Shown: piece by piece, positions 27,769 to 38,200 of the stretch
How positions within the stretch are numbered: position 1 is the stretch's first letter
Layout of the letters: every line of letters begins with the position of its first letter
DNA from: a virus
Strand: one strand, 5' to 3'
Length of the DNA stretch: 64,000 bases
Virus record (IMG/VR): IMGVR_UViG_3300044611_001420
Position numbers and translations under genes: made by a program
Notes under the pieces: generated by a model
The model's input: the letters and a program-made list of their open reading frames with translations, nothing else
What the model was told of the DNA's origin: nothing
Databases searched by the model: none

Positions 27769-28821
27769 ATGCCAGTACAGGAAATTATTGATGAATATAA
27801 ATCAGAAATTGTTTCACTGGATAATCAAGTAAGTTCTTTGGGTACTTTGGTAGATCCATTGCAATTGAAGATTAATCGTTTTATTAACCCTGTAGCACAA
27901 CTTGATTTGGAAGTTTGCAATTTAACCGTAAAAATTAATCAAAAGATTTATGATATTGGAATTGTTGCAAACAATGCAAATGCTTGCGGATGTGGTTCAA
28001 CTGCAACTCGTACAGAGGTCATTTATGATAGTGTTGGTGCTATAGTCGGAGTTACAACAACAACTTACACTATTGGTAATTATTATTATTACGAACAAGT
28101 TAAAGCACATCGTATTAATGCAGAAAATACTTCATATACTGGAACTGATCCCTATGGACCATATTTTGGAACTGACGGTTCTACAACTTTTACGACTGGA
28201 ATAGGTTATGCTACCACTGTAAATGGAATTGACAATGATTCCATTACAAGTTTAACAATCACAAATCCTGGTTATGGATACACACCAGGAACTTATTATC
28301 GTCAAGAATTAACTGGTGAAATAGGAACTGGTGGACTTGTTGATATTATAGTAGGAAGTGGAGGGACAATAATTACTTCAGTGATTGTGAATAATGGTGG
28401 AACTGGATATCAAACTAATCAAAGTGTTGGTGTTCTTTCATTTCCTGGTGCATCTTTTAACATTTCCCGTGTAGGTTCTCCTATTCTTGGTGTTGGTACA
28501 GATACTTATATTGTTGCAAGTTCTGGTGTAGGAAGTGTTTTTGTTCCCACCGTATCCTCTGGAAATGTGAGTATTTGTTCCACATCTTGTGCGACATATT
28601 CATCTCAATTTACAATATTAAGTAATGATTTGTCATCTCTTCGTGCGAAACGAGATAGTTTATTATCTGGAACCAATCATCTTAAAACAGAATCCAAAAA
28701 AATGTATGTACAAAGATATGGATTCGTTTTTGCACAAGGTGATTTAAATTCAAGAAAAAGTACGGTAAATAGTATTATAGGTACTTTATCTGATTCTACT
28801 TACGGCGATTATTTTGTATGA
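27769..28821 (+). CDS. Virion structural protein
   Basis: Coiled-coil N- and C-termini around ITNPGYGY and VNNGGTGY beta repeats. Confidence 0.7.
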   Translation: MPVQEIIDEYKSEIVSLDNQVSSLGTLVDPLQLKINRFINPVAQLDLEVCNLTVKINQKIYDIGIVANNANACGCGSTATRTEVIYDSVGAIVGVTTTTYTIGNYYYYEQVKAHRINAENTSYTGTDPYGPYFGTDGSTTFTTGIGYATTVNGIDNDSITSLTITNPGYGYTPGTYYRQELTGEIGTGGLVDIIVGSGGTIITSVIVNNGGTGYQTNQSVGVLSFPGASFNISRVGSPILGVGTDTYIVASSGVGSVFVPTVSSGNVSICSTSCATYSSQFTILSNDLSSLRAKRDSLLSGTNHLKTESKKMYVQRYGFVFAQGDLNSRKSTVNSIIGTLSDSTYGDYFV

Positions 28822-31562
28822 GTATACTTTTAAGGGATACGAGAACTGGTCTTATAACATCAACCGATTTAATTGAACCTTGGCTTGGATTGTATCTTCG
28901 TGAAAATCCAGATATTGTAAAAGTTGGAATTGCATTAAATGAAAATAAAAATTATTATCCATATTTAAACGATAGTGCTATTGATAGCAACGATCCCGGT
29001 GTGAGTCTCGGATTAGTTTATAATCCTGGTTTGAATAGATTGGGAATAAACACAACAAATCCACAAGCAACACTTGATGTTTTTGGTAATTTAAATGTAA
29101 GTGGTGTTGGAACAATTACAAAAAGATTTGACGTTGGGTATGGTGGGACAGTTTTTACTGTACTTAATAGTGGAGACTCAAATATTGTTGGACTCGGTTC
29201 AACTTATTCTGGAAATGTTGGTATTGGCAGCAACATACCAACACAAAAACTTGATATTGCAGGAAGTATAAAAGTAGATGAAAATATATATGATTCTGTA
29301 AATTATTCTGGAGTTACTGGATATTATCTTTCCCGAGACATTAATGGAATTAGATGGGTTGAAATAACCCCTGCCAGTGCTGCTGGAATTCTTGTTTATA
29401 ATGACTTGTCTTTAATTGGAACTGGACAGTCTTTTTTTGGAATAAATTTTAACACAGGACGAGGTGCTGGTGTTAACACTGATCCAGTTCAGGCATTTGT
29501 AAATTCAAGTAATTCAAACATTGCAGATGTTTATGTTTATGATTATTGGGATTATGTAAATGGAAGTACATCAATCTACAGAAATTCTAATGTTGGAATT
29601 AACAATTCAAATCCTTCTTTTTCTCTGGATGTTGTCGGAACAGCAAGTGTTACTCAGACATTTCAAGTTGGAATTTCAGGCACAGTATTTACCACGACTG
29701 GAATTGGTTCGGTTGGAGTTGGAACCAATTTACCAATTAAAGATGTAGATATTGTAAAGGAGGTTTTATTTCAAAATACAGTAGAACTTAATTCTTCATT
29801 GATTGATATAAACAACAGCACTGCTACTGGAAAATTTGATTATCGTCTTTCTTCTGTAGGAACCGGAGTATCTTGGAGACCTTCTGGTGTTCAAACTCAA
29901 AATATCATATATGTAACCAAAGATGGTAATGATGCAAACAGTGGATTACTTGAAGGTGATGCAAAAGCAACTGTAGGAGCAGCAGCATCAATTGCACAAG
30001 ATGGTGATACAATTTATATACGTCCTGGTGTTTATTTTGAAAATAATCCTATCGGTTTGAGAACTGATGTAACAGTATCAGGACAAGATTTGAGATTAGT
30101 CACAATCGTTCCACAAAATCGCACAAAAGATGTATTTCACGTTCGTAGAGGTTGCTTAATAGAAAATTTAAATTTTGCTGGTGGAGCACCAGGAGATCCA
30201 AATGCAGTTTCAATTGCTCATACTGGATGTGCAGCAGTTGCATTTCCTCCAATAGATATTGCCGACCGTGCAAATACTGGATATATTGCTGCAGGACCAA
30301 CATTAGAAGGTCCATCTGGAAGATGGAGAAGTCCATACATTAGAAATTGTACCAACTTTATGACAAAAAGTATTGGTATGAAGATTGATGGAAATCACGC
30401 AAGTGTTTCAGATCCTATTAATAATATTGGAAATAATCTCAAGTGTATGGTTTGTGATTCATTTACTCAATATAATGAAAATGGTATTGGTGTTTCCATT
30501 ACAAACAATGGTTATGCTCAATTAGTATCTATTTTTACAATTAATTGTGATAAAGGAATTTATTGTGATAGTGGAGGATCTTGCGACCTTACAAACTCCA
30601 ACTCTTCATTTGGTAATTATGGATTGTATGCAGTTGGATTGGGTTCTACAGAATTTACTGGAAAGGTTAATCCTGTTCCTCAAAATTTTGGACCAGTTAT
30701 AACAAGAGTAACTCCTGGTGTGAATGCAAATAGTGATAAAGTTGAACTTACAAATGTAAAGGATGTATATAATGTACCACGAAGACCTTATGATGGTCAG
30801 GCTTTATTTTTCCAGATTAGTAATTTGGATGGGAGATATCCAGATGCAGCAAGTTTCCCAACTTTAACTTTACCGATGGTTAGAGTACAAGAAATTAAAA
30901 TAATAGATGCTGGATCTGGATATAGTGCTTCATCTCCACCTAATGTCCGCATTATTGATAGTAACGATAATACACAACAACCAAAAGGACCTCAAAGTAT
31001 TATAGCACAATTAAGTCCCACAGTAGATACAAATGATGGGAGTATCCTTTCAGTTGATGTTATAAGTAGTGGGAGAAATTATCTACCTACTCAAAATTTA
31101 ATAGTTCAAATTGATTCACCAATTGGTATAGGTACTACTGCAACGGCAATAGTTATTACACAACCAATTTATTATACAGTTGATGTTGCCACTCAAGTTT
31201 CTGTTGGTGGCACAACAACAGTTACATTCAATGAAAGAATTCCTTATGAGTTATATGGTGATGAAGATGTTTCATTAAAAAGAATTAGCAGAATTCTTAC
31301 GAGTTCTCACTCTTTTGAATATATTGGTACTGGCACAAGTATAAATACTTCCACACCTTTTCAGGGGGCAGTTCCTATAAAAGCAAATGAAATTGTTGCT
31401 TTAGATGGGGCACAAGTGCCATTCACAAGTACAGACCAAAAAGGTAATTTTGATATCGGAGAAGGTCTTCAGATTAATCAACCGACAAGAACAATTAGAG
31501 GGAGAGATTTTAGTAGAGCAATTCAGGCAGAAGTTACACCACTGATTTTAGCATTAAGATAG
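28818..31562 (+). CDS. Fibre-associated protein with pectin-lyase-like beta-helix (cassette A, large gene)
   Basis: YVTKDGNDANSG...IRPGVYFENNP...SPYIRNCTNF...DSFTQYN...SHSFEYIG...TSTDQKGNF...TPLILALR. Confidence 0.75.
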   Translation: MSILLRDTRTGLITSTDLIEPWLGLYLRENPDIVKVGIALNENKNYYPYLNDSAIDSNDPGVSLGLVYNPGLNRLGINTTNPQATLDVFGNLNVSGVGTITKRFDVGYGGTVFTVLNSGDSNIVGLGSTYSGNVGIGSNIPTQKLDIAGSIKVDENIYDSVNYSGVTGYYLSRDINGIRWVEITPASAAGILVYNDLSLIGTGQSFFGINFNTGRGAGVNTDPVQAFVNSSNSNIADVYVYDYWDYVNGSTSIYRNSNVGINNSNPSFSLDVVGTASVTQTFQVGISGTVFTTTGIGSVGVGTNLPIKDVDIVKEVLFQNTVELNSSLIDINNSTATGKFDYRLSSVGTGVSWRPSGVQTQNIIYVTKDGNDANSGLLEGDAKATVGAAASIAQDGDTIYIRPGVYFENNPIGLRTDVTVSGQDLRLVTIVPQNRTKDVFHVRRGCLIENLNFAGGAPGDPNAVSIAHTGCAAVAFPPIDIADRANTGYIAAGPTLEGPSGRWRSPYIRNCTNFMTKSIGMKIDGNHASVSDPINNIGNNLKCMVCDSFTQYNENGIGVSITNNGYAQLVSIFTINCDKGIYCDSGGSCDLTNSNSSFGNYGLYAVGLGSTEFTGKVNPVPQNFGPVITRVTPGVNANSDKVELTNVKDVYNVPRRPYDGQALFFQISNLDGRYPDAASFPTLTLPMVRVQEIKIIDAGSGYSASSPPNVRIIDSNDNTQQPKGPQSIIAQLSPTVDTNDGSILSVDVISSGRNYLPTQNLIVQIDSPIGIGTTATAIVITQPIYYTVDVATQVSVGGTTTVTFNERIPYELYGDEDVSLKRISRILTSSHSFEYIGTGTSINTSTPFQGAVPIKANEIVALDGAQVPFTSTDQKGNFDIGEGLQINQPTRTIRGRDFSRAIQAEVTPLILALR

Positions 31563-31566
31563 TAAT

Positions 31567-32247
31567 ATGGCAGTTTCACCACTTAATACATATTTGACCA
31601 TAGCAGTTCCTGTCGCACCAGGAGAGCAGACTGTTTATACAGTCCCCACTGGACAATCTTCTATTTTGTTATATGCTCAAGTTGCGAATGTTGGAGTCAA
31701 CACTTATCCAATAGTTACACTTACACATAGAAGAACAAGTAGTTCTCAAAGAACAGTAGGGAATACAAGGAATACAAGGATTGCGAAAAATATAGAAGTT
31801 CCTCCAAATGATGTTGCTATTTTGATTGATGGTCGTCTGGTTTTGGAAAAGAGTGCAATTATCACTGACTCAATCGTTCTTTCCGGGATACAATCCGGGA
31901 TTGTTTCAATTTCTACTTGCACTTATGATAATCAAACAGGAATTACAACTGTCACAACAGTAACTCCTCATAATTTTGTAGCAGGTGATGAAGTCACAAT
32001 GAGTGGTCTTGCATTTACTTGTTCAAGTCAGTTTATAGGACTTACTACTACAATTTTTCCATCACCTCAAAAGTCTTTTGTTATAGATTCTATTATTGGG
32101 AGTGTAGGAACATCAAAAACGTTTGTGACCAATTCTGGTATAACCATTGGTATTGCACACACTTATGTAAGTGGTGGTCAAGTGGGTCCGTTGCAAATGG
32201 AATTCCTTTGTAGCATTCTTGAAACTAATGTATCTGGCATTGTATAA
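31567..32247 (+). CDS. Small structural adaptor protein with an inserted domain (cassette A, small gene)
   Basis: MAVSPLNTY...VYTVPTG...AQVANV...VPPND...DGRLVLE...SILET; TATAAATA at 31340-47. Confidence 0.75.
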   Translation: MAVSPLNTYLTIAVPVAPGEQTVYTVPTGQSSILLYAQVANVGVNTYPIVTLTHRRTSSSQRTVGNTRNTRIAKNIEVPPNDVAILIDGRLVLEKSAIITDSIVLSGIQSGIVSISTCTYDNQTGITTVTTVTPHNFVAGDEVTMSGLAFTCSSQFIGLTTTIFPSPQKSFVIDSIIGSVGTSKTFVTNSGITIGIAHTYVSGGQVGPLQMEFLCSILETNVSGIV

Positions 32248-32249
32248 TT

Positions 32250-34298
32250 ATGACAAAGTATTTAAGTGGAAGAGTAAAAAGAAGGTCACAGTCCGATTTA
32301 ACAAGTGATAGATATAAGTACTTAGCAATAAATCAAGCAGAACCAAATCTTGGAGATCCTTCTTTACTGGAACAATCTCTTCCTTTTGGTCAACCATATC
32401 AAGTTGTTTCAGTACCTGGATATCCAGGACAACGATATTGGATTCCACCTGGAGGTGGATTGATACCTGGTTCTATTAGTGTTTATGATGAAAATATTAT
32501 TGTCCCCAGTAATGCTGGTGTGAGTAGCATTACTCAAATAAATTTTGTTGGATCTGCAATTAGTGTAACTGGTTATTTAAATGCAGATAATTCCCCAGGA
32601 ACTGGAGTTACTGTTAGAGTTTTTGCTCCAGGAAATAATCAACAAATATTTTTTAATAATAACAATGAGTTTGGAACTTCTTCATTATTGATTTTTGATA
32701 ATGTTACTGGAATTTTAACAGCAGGAAAATCCATTAATGTTGGTATTGGTGCCACTGTTTTGACTGCAACTTTAGATGGTTTAGTTGGAATTAGAACTGC
32801 AACCCCAACAGACCCATTAGACGTAAATGGAAATATAAGACTTCGTTCTGGTCTTAAAGATTTTAATAACAATGTAGGTATTGAAAGTTCTATTCTTGTT
32901 TCTACAGGTGCTGGAGTTTCTTGGACCTCCCCTTATGCTGCTGGTCTTCAGGGTCTTCAGGGACTTCAGGGCACTCAAGGAACACAGGGAACTCAAGGTA
33001 CTCAAGGAACACAGGGAACACAGGGAACTCAAGGTACTCAAGGAACACAGGGAACTCAAGGTACTCAAGGAACACAGGGAACTCAAGGTACTCAAGGTAC
33101 TCAAGGTACTCAAGGAACACAGGGAACTCAAGGAACACAGGGAACTCAAGGTACTCAAGGTACTCAAGGACTTCAGGGAACACAAGGAACTCAGGGCACT
33201 CAAGGCATCTCTGGGGAAGGAGGTGCTCAAGGAACTCAAGGAACTCAAGGAACACAGGGTACTCAGGGAACTCAAGGTACTCAAGGTCTTCAGGGAACAC
33301 AAGGAACTCAGGGCACTCAAGGCATCTCTGGGGAAGGAGGTGCTCAAGGAACTCAAGGAACTCAAGGAACACAGGGTACTCAGGGAACTCAAGGTACTCA
33401 GGGAACTCAAGGTACTCAAGGTATCTCTGGTGGAGGAGGTGCTCAAGGAACACAGGGTACTCAGGGAACTCAAGGTACTCAAGGTATCTCTGGTGGAGAA
33501 GGTGCTCAAGGAACACAGGGTACTCAGGGAACTCAAGGTACTCAAGGTATCTCTGGTGGAGGAGGTGCTCAAGGAACACAGGGTACTCAAGGAACTCAAG
33601 GTACTCAAGGTACTCAAGGAACACAGGGTACTCAAGGAACTCAAGGTACTCAAGGTCTTCAGGGACTTCAAGGAACACAGGGTACTCAGGGTACTCAGGG
33701 TACTCAAGGAACTCAAGGTACTCAAGGAACTCAAGGTACTCAAGGCACACAAGGTACTCAAGGTGCTACAGGAACAGGTACTCAAGGTACTACAGGAACA
33801 GGTACTCAAGGTACTCAGGGCACTCAGGGCACTCAAGGAACTCAAGGTGCTTCAGGTGTTAGTGTTAGTGGAAGTATTATACAAGTTGCATATGCAACAT
33901 CTAGTTTAACGAACTCAACAACATCAACATCTTTTCAGGCATCAAGTTTAGCAGTTTCAATCATCCCAAACTCTACTTCTAGTAAAATACTTATAATTTC
34001 ACATTTCTCAGCAAATCAAGAAACTCAAGCATCAAGTGGAGATGGTGGATATTTTTCTATTTTTAGAAGTGGTACTAATCTTGGAGATGCAACTTATGGT
34101 ATGATATTTGTAGGTACGAATTCACCACCAGTTTATTCAGGTGCATCGCTCACTTGGATAGATTCTCCAAGTACAACATCTTCTGTAGAATATAAACTTT
34201 ATTTTAGAAGTAAATTGGGAGGAACTGTAAGTGCTCTAACTGGAACTGGTGGTGAAACTAGAGCAGCATCAATTACGGCAATGGAGATAGTAGCATGA
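32250..34298 (+). CDS. Collagen-like tail fibre (cassette A, third gene)
   Basis: KYLSGRVK...SDRY...QAEPNLGDP N-terminus, about 300 aa of Gly-X-Y, C-terminal GSIIQV...ITAMEI beta domain. Confidence 0.85.
   Translation: MTKYLSGRVKRRSQSDLTSDRYKYLAINQAEPNLGDPSLLEQSLPFGQPYQVVSVPGYPGQRYWIPPGGGLIPGSISVYDENIIVPSNAGVSSITQINFVGSAISVTGYLNADNSPGTGVTVRVFAPGNNQQIFFNNNNEFGTSSLLIFDNVTGILTAGKSINVGIGATVLTATLDGLVGIRTATPTDPLDVNGNIRLRSGLKDFNNNVGIESSILVSTGAGVSWTSPYAAGLQGLQGLQGTQGTQGTQGTQGTQGTQGTQGTQGTQGTQGTQGTQGTQGTQGTQGTQGTQGTQGTQGTQGTQGTQGLQGTQGTQGTQGISGEGGAQGTQGTQGTQGTQGTQGTQGLQGTQGTQGTQGISGEGGAQGTQGTQGTQGTQGTQGTQGTQGTQGISGGGGAQGTQGTQGTQGTQGISGGEGAQGTQGTQGTQGTQGISGGGGAQGTQGTQGTQGTQGTQGTQGTQGTQGTQGLQGLQGTQGTQGTQGTQGTQGTQGTQGTQGTQGTQGATGTGTQGTTGTGTQGTQGTQGTQGTQGASGVSVSGSIIQVAYATSSLTNSTTSTSFQASSLAVSIIPNSTSSKILIISHFSANQETQASSGDGGYFSIFRSGTNLGDATYGMIFVGTNSPPVYSGASLTWIDSPSTTSSVEYKLYFRSKLGGTVSALTGTGGETRAASITAMEIVA
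32943..33850 (+). repeat. 9-bp degenerate tandem repeat encoding (GTQ/GLQ)n
   Basis: GG(T/A/C)AC(T/A)CA(A/G) units with higher-order GISG(E/G)GGAQ blocks. Confidence 0.95.
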
Positions 34299-34603
34299 CA
34301 ATAGAATCAAACTTTTTTTATAAGGCAATTTCATCTTTAGCACCAAAATCACAATGGTTTTGTATTGATTGTGATTATGAACAATTAAAGTGGTTTTCTG
34401 AAGATATTCCAAAACCAACTTTTGAAGAAATTGAAGCAGAGATGCAACGACTTCAAGCAGAATATGATCACAATGAATATCAAAGACTTAGAGCAATAGA
34501 ATATCCATCTTTTGCTGATCAATTTGATCTCTTATATCATGGTGGTTATGATGCTTGGAAAGCAGAGATTGATAAAATAAAGCAAAAATATCCAAAACCG
34601 TGA
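34295..34603 (+). CDS. Fibre-associated small protein (XkdW-like)
   Basis: AISSLAPKSQW...KPTFEEIEAE...YQRLRAIEYPSFADQFDLLYH...IKQKYPK. Confidence 0.75.
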   Translation: MTIESNFFYKAISSLAPKSQWFCIDCDYEQLKWFSEDIPKPTFEEIEAEMQRLQAEYDHNEYQRLRAIEYPSFADQFDLLYHGGYDAWKAEIDKIKQKYPKP

Positions 34604-34632
34604 TATAATATATACTGAAGATACTTTTTATT

Positions 34633-35059
34633 ATGAGATTTCATGTTCTTGGTTTACCGCACACGGTTTCTAGTAAAGATTTTAATGCCTGTGCATATAC
34701 TCAAAAAGTAGTTAAATTTTGTAAGATGATGAGTGCTCGTGGGCACTATATTATTCATTATGGTCATGAAGATTCTGATGCAATTTGCAATGAGCACGTT
34801 TCAGTCATTACAAATGAGGACTGGCAAACTTGTTATAGGAACTCCTGTTGGATATTTTGAAGAAAATGGAAAACATGGTGGAGGAATTTTAGTTCCTTTA
34901 GATGAATTAGGATTTCTAAACGAAACTAGAAAAAATTTACTATACTATAAAGATAATCCAAAGGAATATAAAGAAAAATGTGAAGAGATACAACATTATG
35001 CAAGAGAGCATTATGACTGGGGTAAAACCATACATTCTTGGGTTGAACTGTTTTCTTAA
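34633..35059 (+). pseudogene. Internally deleted, out-of-frame glycosyltransferase (GT-B/GT4-like) remnant
   Basis: GT-like N-terminus MRFHVLGLPHT...KFCKMMSARGHYIIHYG joined near 34821-34830, in another frame, to a GT4 C-terminus GKLVIGTPVG...AREHYDW. Confidence 0.7.
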
Positions 35060-35071
35060 GAATTGAATTGG

Positions 35072-35100
35072 TTGACAGGACCCCAAATTGGTTCTATAGA
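35072..35100 (+). promoter_or_regulatory. Possible sigma70-type promoter
   Basis: Intergenic TTGACA-17-TATAGA. Confidence 0.35.
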
Positions 35101-35208
35101 TATAAATTAGAAAAATATCTTCTTCTACTGTTAATATTGGAACTGTTTAAAAATGCTCCATAGAATGAAACCTATATATTATAAGAAAAAAAGTACCAGC
35201 AATAAGTA

Positions 35209-38200
35209 ATGACGGACAGATTTCCACTTATAGCAAATCCAACAACTCAACAGATTGAGGAATTAGCACCTGGAGATAATCTCAATTTACAGAATAGTGG
35301 AATAGTTGGTGCTACAACTATAACCGCAGATAAGTTTGTTGGAACTCTACAAGGAAACGCAGCAACTGCTGATAGATTAAATAATGCTGCGAATATAACT
35401 GGTGGATTTATTAGTAGTTCTAGATTATCTGGTTATTATGGAATTGATGTAAATAGTGCAAATATACTTACGAATGCTGCAAATATTGCTGCAGGAACAA
35501 TCAGCAGTGCAAGATTATCTGGTCATTATCCAATTTCTGTTGATTCTGCTTCTTCTTCTGATGCTTTGACTGATGCATCAAATATTACAGGTGGTATAGT
35601 TCCTTCCGAAAGGTTAGAGGGATTTTACGACATTAATGTAGGAACAGCAAACACTGCAAACATTATTACTCCTGGAAGTTTTCAGAATATTAGTATTGGA
35701 GGAAATGCTGCTACTGCTACTACAGCAGTCAATCTTTCTGGTGGAACAGTTTCTGGTGTTGATTTAAATATTAGTGACATTGGTACAATTGGAACTTTAG
35801 GTGTTTCTGGTTTAACAACAACAACTAACTTAAATGTAACCAATTTAGCATCAATTGGGTTTGCTTCTGTAGGAGTTGCAACGATTGGATTTGGAACATT
35901 TACAAATGTCAGAATATCAGGTGCTGCTACAATTGGGTTCTTAACAGCAACTAATGCTCGTGTTTCTGGAACTGCTACTGTTGGATTTTTAACTGCAACT
36001 AATTTAAATTCACCCAATGCAACTTTGGGAATTGTTACTGCAAATACACTCACTGGTCTTAATACATTATCTTCGTATGATGCAACCCTTGATTTTATTA
36101 ATAATACTAGGATTACATCGGGTTTATTGGTTGGAACTGCAGCATCAATTGGAATTGCAACAATAGGATTTGGAACTTTTACAAATGTACGAGTATCGGG
36201 AATATTAACTGCAGGTACATTTTCTGGTAATTTTAGTGGAGGAATAGTTGCTGCTGCTGCTTCTATTGGAATTGCAACAATTAGTTATGCAAATGTCGGA
36301 CTTGCATCAATTGGTATTGCAACTGTAGGATTTGCCTCTGTTGGTATTGCTACTATAGGATTTTTAACCGCAACTGATGTTCGTGTTTCTGGAACTGCTA
36401 CTGTTGGTCTTTTAACTGCAACAACAATTTTCACTAATAATTATCTTGGAAATGGGGAATCCATAGTAGGTATTGTAACTCAAATTAATATTGGGACCGG
36501 TCTTACTTTAACATCTACACAAACAGCAGGAAAGGGAATAGTTAATGTAGGAATTCGCACTACTATAGGAAAAACAATCTTTGTTTCCTTTGAAGGAAAT
36601 GATTCAAACACTGGATTGTTGAATAATGATGCAAAGAAAACTATAAAAGCAGCAGCAGCACTTGCTTTACCTGGAGATACAATTAAAGTTTTTCCAGGAA
36701 CTTATGTTGAAAATAATCCAATAGTTTTATCAAAAGATGTTTCAGTGGAAGGAACAGAGTTGCGTAACTGTTTAGTTTCACCACAAAACACTGGACTTGA
36801 TTTATTCCACGTTAATAATGGATGTCATTTAACAGATTTAAGTTTTGTTGGTGCTCCATCAACAAATGGTGCATCGGTAGTATCATTTCAACCACTTGCT
36901 GGAGTTTCTACTCATAGATTTTTTGATGCTGCAAGAATGATTCGTATGAATCTTGATTTTATTTCTGAAGAAACTGTAGGATATTTAACCAGCACAGATT
37001 ATAAAAATCCTATATTTAATTCTGGAATAAGTACAATTAGAAAAGGTGTTGTATCTGCATTAAAGGCAGTATGCCATGACATTACAAGGGGTGGAAATTC
37101 TAAGTGTGTGGTTGCAGGAAAATCATATTACACTGCAGGAGGAGCACTTCAGAATATTGTTGGATTTAAAACCGAAACAATAGATGCCTTTAATTATGCA
37201 GTAGGAATTGCAAGGTCTTGTATTAATAATGTTTCTTTTGCAAAAACAAGTGGTGGAAATTATCAGTCTTATTATACACAAGTAAAGGATGTTTCCATTC
37301 AAGCAGATTCTGCAACTGGATCTAATACTAATTTAAATTCTTGTTCAAATGTAATTTCTGCATTATATTCTTGTGTTGGAATTGTGACTACAATAATTAA
37401 TGATGGTTTGAGTGCTCTTGGTGGAGCAGGAATTAATACAACACTACCATCAGCATATGATGGACAATCAAGTAACAATTGGTCCAGCACAAAACTTGAA
37501 GGAACAACGTTCTCACCTGGTGTCGGAATTATTTCAAAAGGTCCTTATATTCGCAACTGCACAAATTTTATACCAAATAGCATTGGATTAAAGGTAAATG
37601 GTTTTGATGCAGAACCTGGAGATGAAATTGATAATGGCATTCAAGGTTCTATGAGTGTTGATTCTTATACACAATATAATCAAGGTGGTATTGGAGTGTC
37701 AATTACCAATGGTGGTTATGCTCAATTAGTTTCTATCTTTACAATTTGTGATGATATTGCGATTTATACATCTTCTGGTGGTCAGTGTGATATTACCAAT
37801 TCTAACAATTCATTCGGAACTTATGGATTATATTCAAATGGTGTAGGGGATTACTCTAGTAGATCAATTTTTAGATATACTGGAACTGCAAATACAAATG
37901 CTACTATAGGTCAAAATATAATTACAGTTTCTGGTTTGGGAACCAATAGACCATATCAAGGGCAAGCAATTTATTTTGGAAACTTATATTATTCTGTTGA
38001 ATCTATAAGTGTCACTGATGGTGGTTCTGGTTATACATCGGAACCAACTGTTACAATTAGTTCTCCAACTGGTCCAAATGGAATTACTGCCGAGGCATTT
38101 CCTGTAATTGAAAATGGAAAAGTAGTTTCAATTAATGTTATTAGTACTGGTAATCAATATGTAACTGCACCAACTGTAACGATCAGTGGTCCTGGTGCTG

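Noticed and set aside
32943-33850. Possible CRISPR-like array
   Set aside because: No unique spacers; it is an in-frame coding repeat.
32817-33909. Long alternative-frame and antisense ORFs over the collagen repeats (LSTLSS, LEYLEF, KVLKEHRE, RYSRNTG; also at 42280-44218 and 59695-63591)
   Set aside because: The 9-bp unit has no stop codon in most frames, so these arise automatically. The ATG of the +1 ORFs comes from AAT GCT in the conserved NAALQ motif.
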